From the NCBI GenBank assembly GCA_973895155.1, contig OZ316895.1, positions 8,110,184 through 8,174,183 on the forward strand: 64,000 nucleotides of DNA, read 5' to 3'. The position numbers and the translations under genes are program-made. The notes beneath the pieces were generated by a model. That model was not told the origin of the DNA and did no database searches. It saw nothing but the letters and a program-made list of their open reading frames with translations. Source of the stretch: Marsupella aquatica (taxonomy: Eukaryota; Plantae; Marchantiophyta). Of the stretch, positions 34,651 through 46,960 are shown piece after piece. Position 1 is the stretch's first letter. Every line of letters begins with the position of its first letter.

Positions 34651-37600
34651 ATGAGTGACTTGGGGGATACTGGAAGAATTGGCGTCAGTGGAGCTTCAGG
34701 ATCGCGACGGTCAGACCGAGAGTCTAAGGAGGAGCTGCTACCATTTGAGGAAGAACTATTGACACCGGTACAATCACCGGTGCGGCGTGTAGTGGAGGAA
34801 GCTGTGCTACTACCAGAGCTGTCGGTAGTAGGGAAGAAGAGGGAGATGGCTAGATTTGGAGGAGTGAAGTTTGAGGTGGAGAAGTACGATGGTCGTACTG
34901 ATTACTTTCTCTGGGAGAAGCAAGTGAAGGGTGTCCTTCGAGCCATGGGCTTGGCTCATCTGCTCTCTTCGTGAGAGTAGTATGATGGAGAGGAGGAGAT
35001 TTCTTTGAGATAGTGGAGATAGGAGCAGGTGATTGCTGTCAAGGGAGTGATGTTATATCTCAAGCCGCACATCATCAAGCAGCTGGATGATTATGCGGAT
35101 TGCACGTCACTATTCAAGGCTCTAAGAGATAAGTAGTACCGGGAAGATGCGTCAGACCGACTATACAAGAAGTCTCTCTTGATAAGCCTCAGGCTCAAGG
35201 AAGGGAGAAAAATGCAGGATCACCTGGATGAGTTTGACAGTCTAGCGATGGATCTGTCAAACCTGGGAAAAGAAGTTGAAGATGAGGATAAGGCCTTGCT
35301 TCTGCTAAGCTCCTTACCATCGTCTTATCAGGGCTTGAAACAGGTGCTCTTGTATAGAGATCTGAAGTCCATTTCGTATAATGAGGTGGTGAGCTCCTTG
35401 CTGTCTGATGATGCTCAGAAAAAGTTGGGTCAATCACAGACAACATCTTCTTCTGGCACTGCGCTCAATGTGAACAGGGGAAGAGGAGCGCAACGCACGA
35501 ATAGGCAGAACAAGTTTAGATCTACATCACGGGGGAGATCTAAATCCAGAGGGAAATTGCAAGAGAGGAAGCCTCTTGCATGTTGGAATTGTGGCAAGCC
35601 AGGCCACATGAAAAGGGATTGTCGAGTAAAGGTCCCTACTGCCTCTGCTAACGCAGAATCGAGCTCGCATGAGGTAGATTTACTCGATGATGATGACATA
35701 TTGTGATGTCAAGGTTATGCTCTCAACGTGGTGTCAAATCCAGGTAATGATGACTGGATTCTAGATAGTGCATGTACTTTTCACATTTGCTCTAGAAGAG
35801 ATTGTTTCAGTTCTTACACAGTTTCCAACGGGTCAGTGTTGATGGGAAATGGTATCCCATCTCAAGTTGTTGGACTTGGATCTGTAAGATTTCAGATGTT
35901 TGATGGTGCTGTGAGAACATTGAGGAATGTGAGACATATTCCCAGCATGATGAAAAATCTCATTTCACTTGGAGTTTTAGAGGCAAATGACCATCAGTGG
36001 AGTTCTGCTAATGGTGTCCTTCAGGTTTCAACTGGTACTAAAGTTGTATTGAAGGGAAAGAGACATAGCAATCTATACGTTTTGGAGGGCAGTGTAGTTT
36101 GTGATGAAGCCAATGTAACCTTATCTCATGAGGAGACGGCCCGGCTATGGCACTTCCGTTTGGGCCACATGAGTGAAAAAGGTTTGGTTATTATTTAGAA
36201 AAAAGGATTATTTTCTAATTTGCAATCTTGTAAGTTGGAATTTTGTGAGCACTGTGTGCTAGGAAAGCAGCACAGGAAACCCTTTGGAGTTGGAACTCAC
36301 ACCAGCAAGGAGGTACTTGAGTATGTACATAGTGATGTGTGGGGTCCATCCCCTACTCCCTCACATTCTGGACGGTTATACTATGTCACGTTCATAGACG
36401 ATTACTCAAGGTATGTGTGGATATACTTTCTACACAATAAGTCTGATGTTTTTGCCACTTTTAAGGAGTGGAAAGCCCAAGTTGAGAATCAGACCGGTAA
36501 TAAGGTGAGATATCTTTGATCGGATAACGACGGTGAATACAGTTCCAGGGAATTTGGAATGTATTGTAAGGAGCAGGGGATTACTCGCCATCTCACAACA
36601 AGTTATACTCCTCAGCAGAATGATGTTTCTGAGAGACTCAACCGAACACTATTGGACCGCTCGAGGAGTATGTTGAGTCAATCATGCTTACCACATGAGT
36701 TTTGGGCTGAAGCTGTCAACACTGCAACTTATTTGGTAAATTTTTCTCCATCCAGTTCTATTGGATTCAAGATGCCATTTGAAATGAGGTACGGGCGTCC
36801 AGCAAATTACTCACATCTGAGGATTTTTGGATGTGATGCTTATGTGCTTACACCTTCCCAGCTTTGATCCAAGTTGGAGTGCAAGTCGAAGAAGTGCATT
36901 TTCCTTGGCTAGAAAGGTGTGAAGGGTTATAGGTTATGGGATCCAGTAACCTGTAAACTAATTGTCAGTAGAGATGTGTCCTTTAATGAATCCAGATCAT
37001 CAAAGGAGGGGGAGAGTTCTCAGGACTCCCATACTGACAAGGGGAAATCTCCCATCCCGGACCGGGTTGAGGGGGAGATTAGTCATGATGCAGTTCATGA
37101 CAGGAGAGATGGAGAAGCTCCAGGCTTGGAGCTGGTTCCTATGATGGAACAAGAGGAGCAAATTGTTGCTAGGGTACCTCAAATTCAACCAGCAGCAGCA
37201 ATAGATCAGCCTGAGTCATCTACTAGAAGAATTTCCAGGCCTCATTCACAATTGGAGGACCCAAAGGAACGTCACACTCAAAAGTGATCATAGTTTATTA
37301 TGCTTTAGGATATCATTTTTAGGGTGTAATGAGATGATATAGAAAATTTGATATACTATACTTAATAAACATCTTATAGGTTGGTAACATTCATTAAACT
37401 ATCTAGCATTTGAGACTTTGAAGTTTTCCTTATATGTCCTTCAAAGATTGATAAAAGGACTTGTCACGCAGTGGGTCACATCATTTCAGGACTCAAAAGG
37501 ACTCTAAAAAATGCATTTTAGACTATGAAATTTTACCAAAGCATGCATACTAATAGCATAATCTTATATTTCAAAACTTAAATAGTGACACACACTAAAC

Positions 37601-39562
37601 CTTTATGTATAGGACAAAAATAATCAGTAATTTTGGCTTATTTAGGGCCATCAATAACAGGATCCCTTAAAATAGTTGAAAACTTGATGTATCTACATGG
37701 TGAGGTAGGTTACACCATGTAAAATAGTCTTGTGAAAAAATTAGACTTAAATGTCTTGAGATAAAATCATGATGAACCTTTTTCCATGTTACAAAAGTCA
37801 TTTTTCCCTAAAAAAGCATGTTTTTGAGTCCTGAAAGTGGTTCCTGCGAGGTACACCCAATTGTGAATGAGGCCTCCAGTCGTTCTACTAGAGCTCTTAC
37901 CAGGTATGGTCAATGGGCAGACTCATCTAAGCTAGATGATATTGACATTGCACTTGATGAAGATGATATGGCTTTGATCTTGGAAGAATGAGAGCCTTCT
38001 TTGTATAGTGAGGCTTGTGCTTCAGAGCATAAGCATGAGTGGAATGCAGCAATGCAGAGGGAGTTGCAATCTTTGAGTGACAACAAGACATGGGAGCTGG
38101 TGGAGCTTCCAAGAGGTCAGCAAGTGGTGGACAGCAAGTGGATTTACAAGTTGAAGGATAGTCCTTCAGAGGGTGGAGACAAGATCTACAAGGCAAGGCT
38201 TGTTGCCAAAAGATTCACTCAGGAGAAAGGAGTGGATTACAATGAGGTCTTTTCACCGGTAGCTAAGTATTCCACAATTCGGATCTTGTGTCAGCTTGTT
38301 ATGTTTTTTGGTCTGGTGATGGATCAGATGGATGTTGTTACTGCTTTTCTCTATGGCAACTTGGAAGAGATGATCTTCATGAGACAACCACTAGGCTTTA
38401 TGAAGAAGAGCCAAGAGAACTTAGTTTGCAGATTGCTCAAGTCCTTGTATGGATTGAAGCAGTCTCCCAGATAGTGGAACAAGCGGTTTGATGATTTCAT
38501 GTTTGCTCAAGGTTTTACAAGGATGGTGTATGATCCTTGTGTGTATATGAAATCAGTCAAGAATGATGTATTTGGTTTCATCATTCTGGTTATCTATGTG
38601 GATGACATGCTGATTGTGGCTAAAGATCAATCTGAGGTTGACAGTCTCAAGGCAAAATTGAGTGCTGAATTCAGGATGAAGGATCTGGGTAAGGCCAAGA
38701 GGATCTTAGGTATGGAGATTTTTAGGAACTCTGAGACTGGACAGTTGTGCTTGAGTCAAGGCCAGTATGCGAGGAAAGTACTTGCACGATTCAACATGGA
38801 GAACTGTAAGCCAGTGAGTATTCCTTTAGCTTCACATTTCAAGTTATCATCGGCTTTCTCTCCTACGGATGCTGTGGAGAAAGGTCTGATGGCTAAGATT
38901 CCTTATGAGAAGGCAGTAGGCAGTCTGATGTATTTGATGACTTGTACTAGGCCTGACATGGCCCTAGCGATGGGCAAGGTCAGCAGATTCATGTCAAATC
39001 CAAGGAAGGTACATTGGGAAGCTGTGAAATGGATTCTCAGGTATGTGAGGGGGAACACAGGACTATGAATTACTATTTGATAACAGATCAGATAAAACGT
39101 TAGTTGGCTATGTAGATTCTGACTATGGAGGCTGTCTGGATACAAGGAGGTCTACAACTGGGTTTGTATACTCTTGGAGGAGGATGTATCAGTTGGAAAT
39201 TTACCTTGCAGAAGTGTATATCTCAGTCTACTACAGAAGCAGAGTATGTTGCAGCATCAAAAGCAGCAAAGGAAGCAATTTGGTTGGATAAATTGATCGC
39301 GGAGATGGGTTTAGAGCATGGAAAAATGACTCTAAACTGTGATAGTCAGAGTGCTCTTCACTTGGCTGCTAACCAGGTGATGGATAGCAGGGTGAAGCAC
39401 ATTGATATCAGGTACCATTTTATCAGGCAAACAGTGTCTGATAAAACTTTTGAGCTAGTCAAGATTGATGGAAAGCTCAATCCCGCTGATGATTTTACCA
39501 AAGTGATTCCTTTGGAGAGTTTTTCAAGACACTGTGCTACTTTGCAGGTTTTGCATTTGTAG
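34651..39562 (+). pseudogene. Copia gag-pol of copy B, fragmented
   Basis: KFEVEKYDGRTDYFLWEKQVKGVL gag N-terminus, CCHC knuckle, and PR/INT/RT/RH pieces broken by nonsense changes, frameshifts and the MITE. Confidence 0.95.
37238..37874. mobile_element. 637-bp MITE inserted between INT and RT of Copia copy B
   Basis: Perfect 18-bp TIR GGCCTCATTCACAATTGG; TCCA on both sides; copy A shows the empty site (acttccagtcg, ~31013-31023). Confidence 0.95.
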
Positions 39563-42148
39563 TGCAAGTAGAGTTATTTAGCAATGTGTGACTATTTGTA
39601 TATGGATTACTCATTCCTGTTAGGCTACAGCTTAGTTCTAGTTAACCCTTATTAACCCTTGTGGTTTTTAGGGGGAGACCTGGTTTGGTGATTGTCTAGA
39701 ACTTCCCGCTGAGGATTCCATATGGTAGCATTTAGTCTAGTCCCCAAGACAAGAGTCAAGGGGGAGTTTGTTAGATATTGCTCTAGTCTTGTGACTCATG
39801 AGCTAACCATAGTTAGTCTAACTCTGGTTAGGACTTAGCTAATGTTAGCGGTAGTGCTGGTGTGCATATAGCCAGGGCTGATGCTAGACCCTGGTGGAAC
39901 TTAGGCTCATTGTTACGGAGCTAGATGAGAGATAGGGAGAGCTTGTGCTGTGGATGCTTGGTATGGCCGGTCGGCCTAGAGTGCAGTAAAGCTCTTGTGT
40001 GTTCCCATGGACGCAGCCTCATGTGGAGGTGAACCACGTATCTCTCTGTGTCGACTATTGTGCATTGGATGGTTCATGGGCTTGCTGTTACGAATATCAT
40101 CTATGCTCAACAGCAGAGGCATCGGGACCAAGGGAGTACCATCCGTAGAGGCTCGGTATTGGGAGCAATGGCATCGGGAGCAAGGGATGGGATTGTCGGG
40201 CGTGGGAGGCCTTGCAAGGGAGGGCGGTTAAGCAATCAAGCGGTTATTGAAATTCTCCCAAATGATCAAACGACCTTGAATGATTCCCGCCCAGAATGCA
40301 GTTCATAACGGGACAAAGGACAAAAAATGGCGGTGTTGCCTATTAGAGTTGTAGAGAATTGGCTGCCTTTGGTCTTCTCTCCTAGCGCCTCCCTCTCCAA
40401 TTTTGGGGCGCCCATACCTTAGTTCCTCCCTCTGGTGCTGCCCCCTTTTGTGGGTTACCCCTCTTGTATGTTGGGTTTTGTACAAATTTCACAAGGGGCA
40501 CCCTTGTATATAAAGAATTTGAAGCCCCTATAGACCACAAGGTGGGACTTTTGAATCCCTATGGACCAAAACTTTGCCAAGATTGGGTTAGAATTTATCT
40601 ATAGCCAAAAATATATAAAGTATAGCCTACCAATTTTTTCATTAGATCAAAGCTCCCTTTCTCTCCTCGTCCCAACTTTTTTTTTTGCATCTCTCAAAAT
40701 TTTCTACTTTTTTTGGATTTTTTCCCTTTATTTCTATCCTTTTATTCCCCTGCGCACTACAATTCATTTTTCTCTTGGGAGTTGAATTTATTAAAGTAAA
40801 CTATACAATCACAGGTAAATACACTCCATAACACGTTACCAGCCTCTAGGGCAGGAAGGGCAGATTGGTCCATGGGATTATTTGTCCAACATGGTGGTTC
40901 ATCCTAGCTTCACCTTCTCTGTGCTGGCTTTCTAATGAATTTCAAATGGTGTTTTCGAGGCAAAAAAGAAACAGCATATTGTAAAGTGGCATTCCAAAAC
41001 GAAAGAGCATATTGCAAAGGATACATTCCAGGAGGCTTATTTTTTTAACCTTTTTCTAGTTTAGCCATTTTGGCGAATCTCAATAATCTCACAAAAAAGC
41101 AGAGGCTACGAATCTTACATATCTGTTTTCCTGAATTATTTACTGACCCTTAGATCTCCCTAGATTAAGGATGGCACGTAGATTCTGGCAAATGTGGTCT
41201 ATGATTAGATCTAGAGTATTTTTCGCCCACAGTGGCGATCCTTGTGGGGAGGTGGAATCTGGCGAAGGCATGATTCCTGATAACAAGCTGACAGTGTCCT
41301 CATCGTAAATTGTGGTTGCGTCCTTTCTTTTTGGCCGGTCTCTGAGTGCTTGACATTTCGAGAACATCCTGGCCTTCAGGACCTTTTATTTTAGCACACA
41401 GATCTTGCGGCGGAAGATGAGCAATCGCTCTCCGCAGGCATGGTGCTGGACTGCTGGTGTCACACAGTCAAATATTTTTTGAGGCCTAGGAATGGCTTTA
41501 CTACAGACGAGAAAACGACCGGAGTACGTGCGACACACAAAGGTGGTGAATGATGACAAGTTGTGGACTTTAATAAGTATCTACTGTCTTGTCGCTTTTT
41601 CCGGCCAAAGGAAATGGGGAGTAGTTGGGCTGTAGCACGGCGTCTTTCCCGAACTCTGCACCGAGTCGTCGATGTTATTCTGCACACCAAACGGCATATG
41701 TTCTAGACTGGCCTGATCACCAAACAGCCAAGGAGAATCAGTCAATTGTGACGTCACGCTTGGGACTTTGGCAGCGGAGTGGCGTTTACTGTAATGGCAG
41801 GTAGCGTTGACGACCCTGGCGTTTGGAGTAATGCCTGCTTATTACTGTGCTTCGTTCTCTCTTTCTCTCTCCCTCTCTCTCTCTTCCGCGGTTTGTCGAT
41901 AAAAATTACTCCTAGCGGGAGTAGGTTGGTCTTCCTTCAACAAACGTGCTTTGTGCTGTGCTCGATTGCTCGATTGCTCGATAGCTCTCCCTCTTACCCT
42001 CTCCATCGGTCCCATTTTCTTCTCTCATGGAGATTCTAGTGGACTCATAAAAGCTTTAGTATTGAGAGATTAGTAAGGTCCCCAGGGAGAGAGGGAAGAG
42101 AAGGGGTGCTGAGCTCTAGGAGGGGAAGACACAGCTGAGGTCTCAAAC

Positions 42149-44811
42149 ATGGCCTCTCCAGCGGCTTCAATTCTCGGGGTGTTTGCTCTCTTGGGAGCTG
42201 TGTACTTAGCCACAGATCCTCTTAAGTACAGTGCAATTACAGGACTTGAGAACTTCAAGATTCAAGCAGTGCCCTTACCTCCCAGCGGGATCGCGGAAGC
42301 GATTCCGAGAGACAACGAGAACAAGCTGCAGTCGGCAGAGATTAAATACGGTGGACAAGTTTTCGGGCCTGAGAGTGTGATCTTTGATTCTCAAGGGAGG
42401 GGTCCTTACGCTGGCGTCGGCGATGGTCGTATCATGAGATGGGATGGTGACGAGAAAGGATGGGTTGAATTTGCTGTCATCGTCTCAAACAGGTAAAGCT
42501 GCTGAGCTTCCAGCTCTCTAGCTCTCCTTTCGTACTTTCCAGCTCGATGCTGCTCCCGAAGCCATCCAGATAAATATGTTCTCGGAATGGCCCAGGCTGA
42601 CATCGCTACTTCTATGTGTCAGCGCTGTTGGGTTTGTATCGGTAGGATGTGATTTGACTTAGCTGGAGAGACCTCTCATATTCTTCGCATTTTCGTTATC
42701 GCAGGACAAAGATTTGCGAGCAACCACATCCCCTGAGGGCCAATATGCAGTACGAGCACCTCTGCGGCAGACCATTGGGGCTTCGCTTCAACAAGCAGAC
42801 AGGCGATTTATATATTGCAGATGCTTACTTCGGTCTCTTAAAGGTTGGGCCCGAGGGAGGAGTGGCAGAGCTCCTCACCGACACAGCCGACGATGGCCAG
42901 AAAGTTTCGTTCACAAATGATTTGGAGATTGACGACGATGGCACTGTTTATTTTACCGACAGCAGCTCAAAGTACCCCCGGAAGTACGTGTAACTTTCGT
43001 TATTCTTAATGTCCAAGGCGTTGCTTGTTGTGAGAGGAGGATCCTTTCACAACAAGTAGAGATCTCAGATCACATGTTCCTTCGTTCGGACACGGTTATG
43101 GATCTCAAGATTGGTCCTGATTGCATAAGGATTGGACACCAGTCAAGTGCTTTCTTCCAGTTTGGAATCGCATCGCCGAACCTGTTCTTGCAATAGACCT
43201 CATTGTTGTCCCTTTTGAAATTTCATGACATCAGATACGTGCGGAGGACTTGCCTGCTTGGTAGACCATCACCCACCTTACCATTCAAGAAGTCTAGAAG
43301 AATGTTGGATGGGCTCTGGAGCTGGGTCATTCAAGCATTTTGAGGTTGTGACGTTTGTGTTCTGATTCTCGTGCAGGAATTTTTTCCTTATAGTTCTGGA
43401 AGCAGAAAGTGGTGGGCGTTTACTGAAGTGGGACCCCAAGACCAAAGAGACCACTGTGTTGGTTCGAAATCTGTGGTTCCCCAACGGCGTGACATTCAGT
43501 AAGGATCACTCATTTTTGGTCATCGCGGAAACCGGAGTCGGAAGGTGATTCTCTCTTCAAAGTCCCAGCCTAATTTGCTTCCTTCCATGTGCACTTGAAA
43601 TATAAACTTTGGGTAATATCTGAATGTAATCTGTATCGTCGCTTTATCTCTCTGTTTTCTCTTTGTGCGTGCCTTGCCATTGCTATGGATGAGCAAACAT
43701 ACGTCATGTGGTGAATTGGTGTAATCGTTGCTAGTCGGAAGGTTCTTTGTTTTTCCACAAATGTCTTAGCACTGGACACGGCCACCTCCTCTCTATTGTC
43801 ACTTGGTCGTATTTCACCCCTGTAGCAGAAGAACTCAACCCTACGACGAATTTGTACATTTCATTGAAACGGTGAATGAGAGATATTTTGAGAATTGTGG
43901 GCGGTTCTAGGCAGTGCTCTGTAACTCCTTATTTGCCGCTCTGGTGCTACTCCACTATATCCTGATATTCCATGTGAATAACGTCTCAAAGATCAATCTA
44001 CTTGAGATCACCTTGTTAAGTCACATATGGGAGCAACTTTCTTCTCTCCTGATAACCTAGAACTACAGCCTCGAATATTCATAATAGACTTGGGAGATTT
44101 GCTTTAATCTAGCTTTCAGTGTTAGTATTTCAGTCCCATCCGGGATCTATCCTTATTGTCTGCTAGCCAACAAGCACCTTTCTCATTGGTACGCTGGTTG
44201 TGTTAGTTGTCTACGTTTTACCAGTGCAGTTCTTGTAAGCCGGTGGATGCAGACAAAATGAACAGGACTGTCAGCAAGTTTGTTTTGCTCTGCAATGGAT
44301 GTTCTGGTCGCTATTGTTGTGACCTGAGCATGGAACATATGCTGGTGTCTCTCTCTGAGGCCGTTTTGTTCCAGTACAGCACTCACTCACTGTGTTACAT
44401 GTCTACAGGTTGAGCCGATATTGGGTGAAAGGACCTAAGGCTGGCACTTATGAAGACTTCGCTTGGTTGGCTGGGTTTCCTGACAATGTGCGTACCAATG
44501 AGAAGGGTGAATTTTGGGTCGCTCTTTACTGTAGGCGGTCATTTCTTGATACGTACTTGAAGGCCCGCCCCGCCGTCAAGCATGCCTTCCTCAAATTACC
44601 TATTCCCGTGAAGTTTCTGCATTTACTTTTGAGTGGCAAGCCACATGCGAGTCTTTACAAATACAACGAGCAAGGTGAAGTTCTGGAGGTTTTGGAAGAT
44701 GCAACCGGTTCAGTGGTGAAATTCATCAGCGAACCTGAGGAGCATGATGGGAAACTATACCTTGGATCCGTGCTGATGCCCCATGTTGCTGTTTACACTG
44801 TTCCGAAGTAA
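42149..44811 (+). CDS. Strictosidine synthase-like (APMAP/hemomucin-like beta-propeller) protein, 4 exons, ~397 aa
   Basis: Exons 42149-42492, 42705-42983, 43377-43544 and 44409-44811, all GT-AG and in phase. Motifs GPESV.FD..G.GPY, CGRPLGLRF, IADAYFGL, YFTDSS, FPNGV and GFPDNVR; hydrophobic N-terminus. Confidence 0.95.
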
Positions 44812-45881
44812 GATACTTACTGCAGCGGTAATGATCACAGAAGCCAGTTGACAAATTGTTATGCCATAGTTATGGGTCCATTCAGGATCACTCCCCTTCG
44901 CCAGGGGACTCTGTACAGCTTCAATCACTGTGGTGTTTATTACCCCAATCCTAGGAGGCCAGGCTTGAGTCATTTCAGTTTGTACTGGTTCAGGGATTTT
45001 AGGGGCAGTTACTCTGGCTTCATGCCTGATGCACAGTCAGCAAATTTTTGGGCCATTGTCATAGCTGCGTTGAAGCTCTTGATTGGGTCGCGGAAATGGT
45101 TTGAACTTTTCCACGTTTCTTCGCCTAAGGCGACGATTCATCTCTTTCTTGAGCTTCAGTGGTTGTATACTGTGGTTGCGGAAATATCAATTTTTACTCT
45201 TGCATTGAGGAAGTGGCCAAGTTTGCATCAATGTTGACGAGCTGATGGTGCTCTGTAGATCATGAAAGGGTTGTGGGTGAGAAACTTGTTAGGAATCGAC
45301 TGATCCTGTTCTCTCCATCAGCTACCTCCTGGTCTAGATCAGCCATCATCCTCAAGGTTGGTCAGTTGTAGATAGACAGGGATTGACTCTTGTTGCGGAG
45401 TCATCTCCTTTCGGTTTAGTTGTTCTGACATGCTGAGTAGTTCAAAGTTTGACCGCTCTTAGGCAGTGCCCTTTTCTCCACTGCATACAACTTGATGTGC
45501 CTTGTGTGTTTGTGCTTTACCCTTTCTTTTCAGGAAATTATACCATCTGGTTTTCCCCTTGTGCTAAGCAGGGATTTGTATTGTATTCAGGTTGTGTCGT
45601 TAGGTTGTATGCATCATAAAACTCTGGATTGTTGCGCTGTGGGTGAAATGGCTATCTCATTGTATTGGCCCATTTGATGGGCATGCTCGTTCACTCTGAG
45701 GGCTGCCCTAAGCATGTTTCCCTTTTGCAATGTGGGTGTTTAGTGTTTGTCTTCAATAAATGTTGAGGCGGAAAAAATGAATATTCTTTTGCTCCAATCA
45801 TACACAAGTTTTCATGACTCCTGCTGAAGGTCCTAGGAAATTATGCAACATGTCAATCACAAGGGACCACATGTATTCAAA

Positions 45882-46960
45882 TTTTTGAATACATCACCAC
45901 AAGCGAAGGGAAGACTGACAGTCGGGGAGCTCTAGAAACTCAAGTAGGAAAGGAGAATTACTTGAATTTTCTAAGTAAGTGGTGATGTGAGCATCAACAC
46001 CATTACTTTTCTATCCACTTTTATCTACATGATTATGAAGCTACAGCACCCCTCACGGGCCTCTCCAAAATGCTCCTATGGCCTTCCCCCGAACACAATG
46101 CCTAGGCACTATATTCGAATAGTGGGTCGGGGGGTGCTATATTTGAATATAGTGCCCTAGGCGTTGTGTTTAAATTTTATCACAAAGTTTAGGAATTTTT
46201 CACTTGTGGCGATGTGTTCAAAAATATTCGAATAGTGGGCCGGGGGGTGTTATATTTGAATATAGTGCCCTAGGGGTTGTGTTTAAATTTTATCACAAAG
46301 TTTAGGAATTTTTCACTTGTGGTGATGTATTCAAAAAATGACGTTGTGTTTGAGTTTAGGCCTTGTGTATAAGGCTAGAAGATTAATTTATGGTGTAAGC
46401 ACAAATAAAATTCATATATAGAACTAATGTCTTAAAGAATTTAGTGTTTGGAAATGTGTAGGTAATTCAAACACTTAAATTACACAAGGGAAGAGAGCCA
46501 AGAGGATCTCTATCCTATCACCAAAAGGAAAGCCTGTCACAAATTTGTTGAACTTATTTGTAGGAGATAAGTCAGAATAAGAGTTTAGAGAGTCCTTATT
46601 GATTTGATTTCTAACTTTGTGCATGTGCACATTCACGTAAGAAGTTTCATGAGGAGATAAAGTTGTCGAGTGCCCTTTCAGTCGAGTATGCTTTTGCTCA
46701 AGAAATTGTTGCAACTATTGCTCTAGACGTTGTGAAACTGTGGACAACTTTTTTTGTTCAATTTTGCTTCAGCTTCGAATGTAGCGGGAAACACAAAATA
46801 AGATCTCTCTCAAACACAGGGAACAATTTCGAACACATCACCAACTATTTGAACACCGCGCCAACTATTCGAACACAGCCCCAACTTCAAATCTCTCAAC
46901 ACACGGGGTGCAATTTCGAACACAACGCCCGGGCATTGTGTTAATACGAAGCTGTGTTTG
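45882..46960. repeat. Foldback/MITE-like repeat complex
   Basis: tttttgaatacatcaccacaag (~45882) is inverted at ~46316-46337. ~115-bp tandem duplication at 46111-46337. Internal palindromes and t(c/t)gaacac repeats at 46828-46925. Confidence 0.7.

Larger units (their letters stand above)
33534..40112 (+). mobile_element. Full-length decayed Ty1/Copia retrotransposon, copy B (same family)
   Basis: 5' LTR 33534-33877; PBS 33880-33891; 3' LTR 39769-40112; flanks GCGGA/GCAGA (TSD with one transition); many stops and a nested MITE. Confidence 0.98.

Noticed and set aside
26840-40112. Tandem Copia pair as a segmental duplication or assembly artefact
   Set aside because: Different TSDs, element-specific LTR variants shared within each pair, and different indels show independent insertions.
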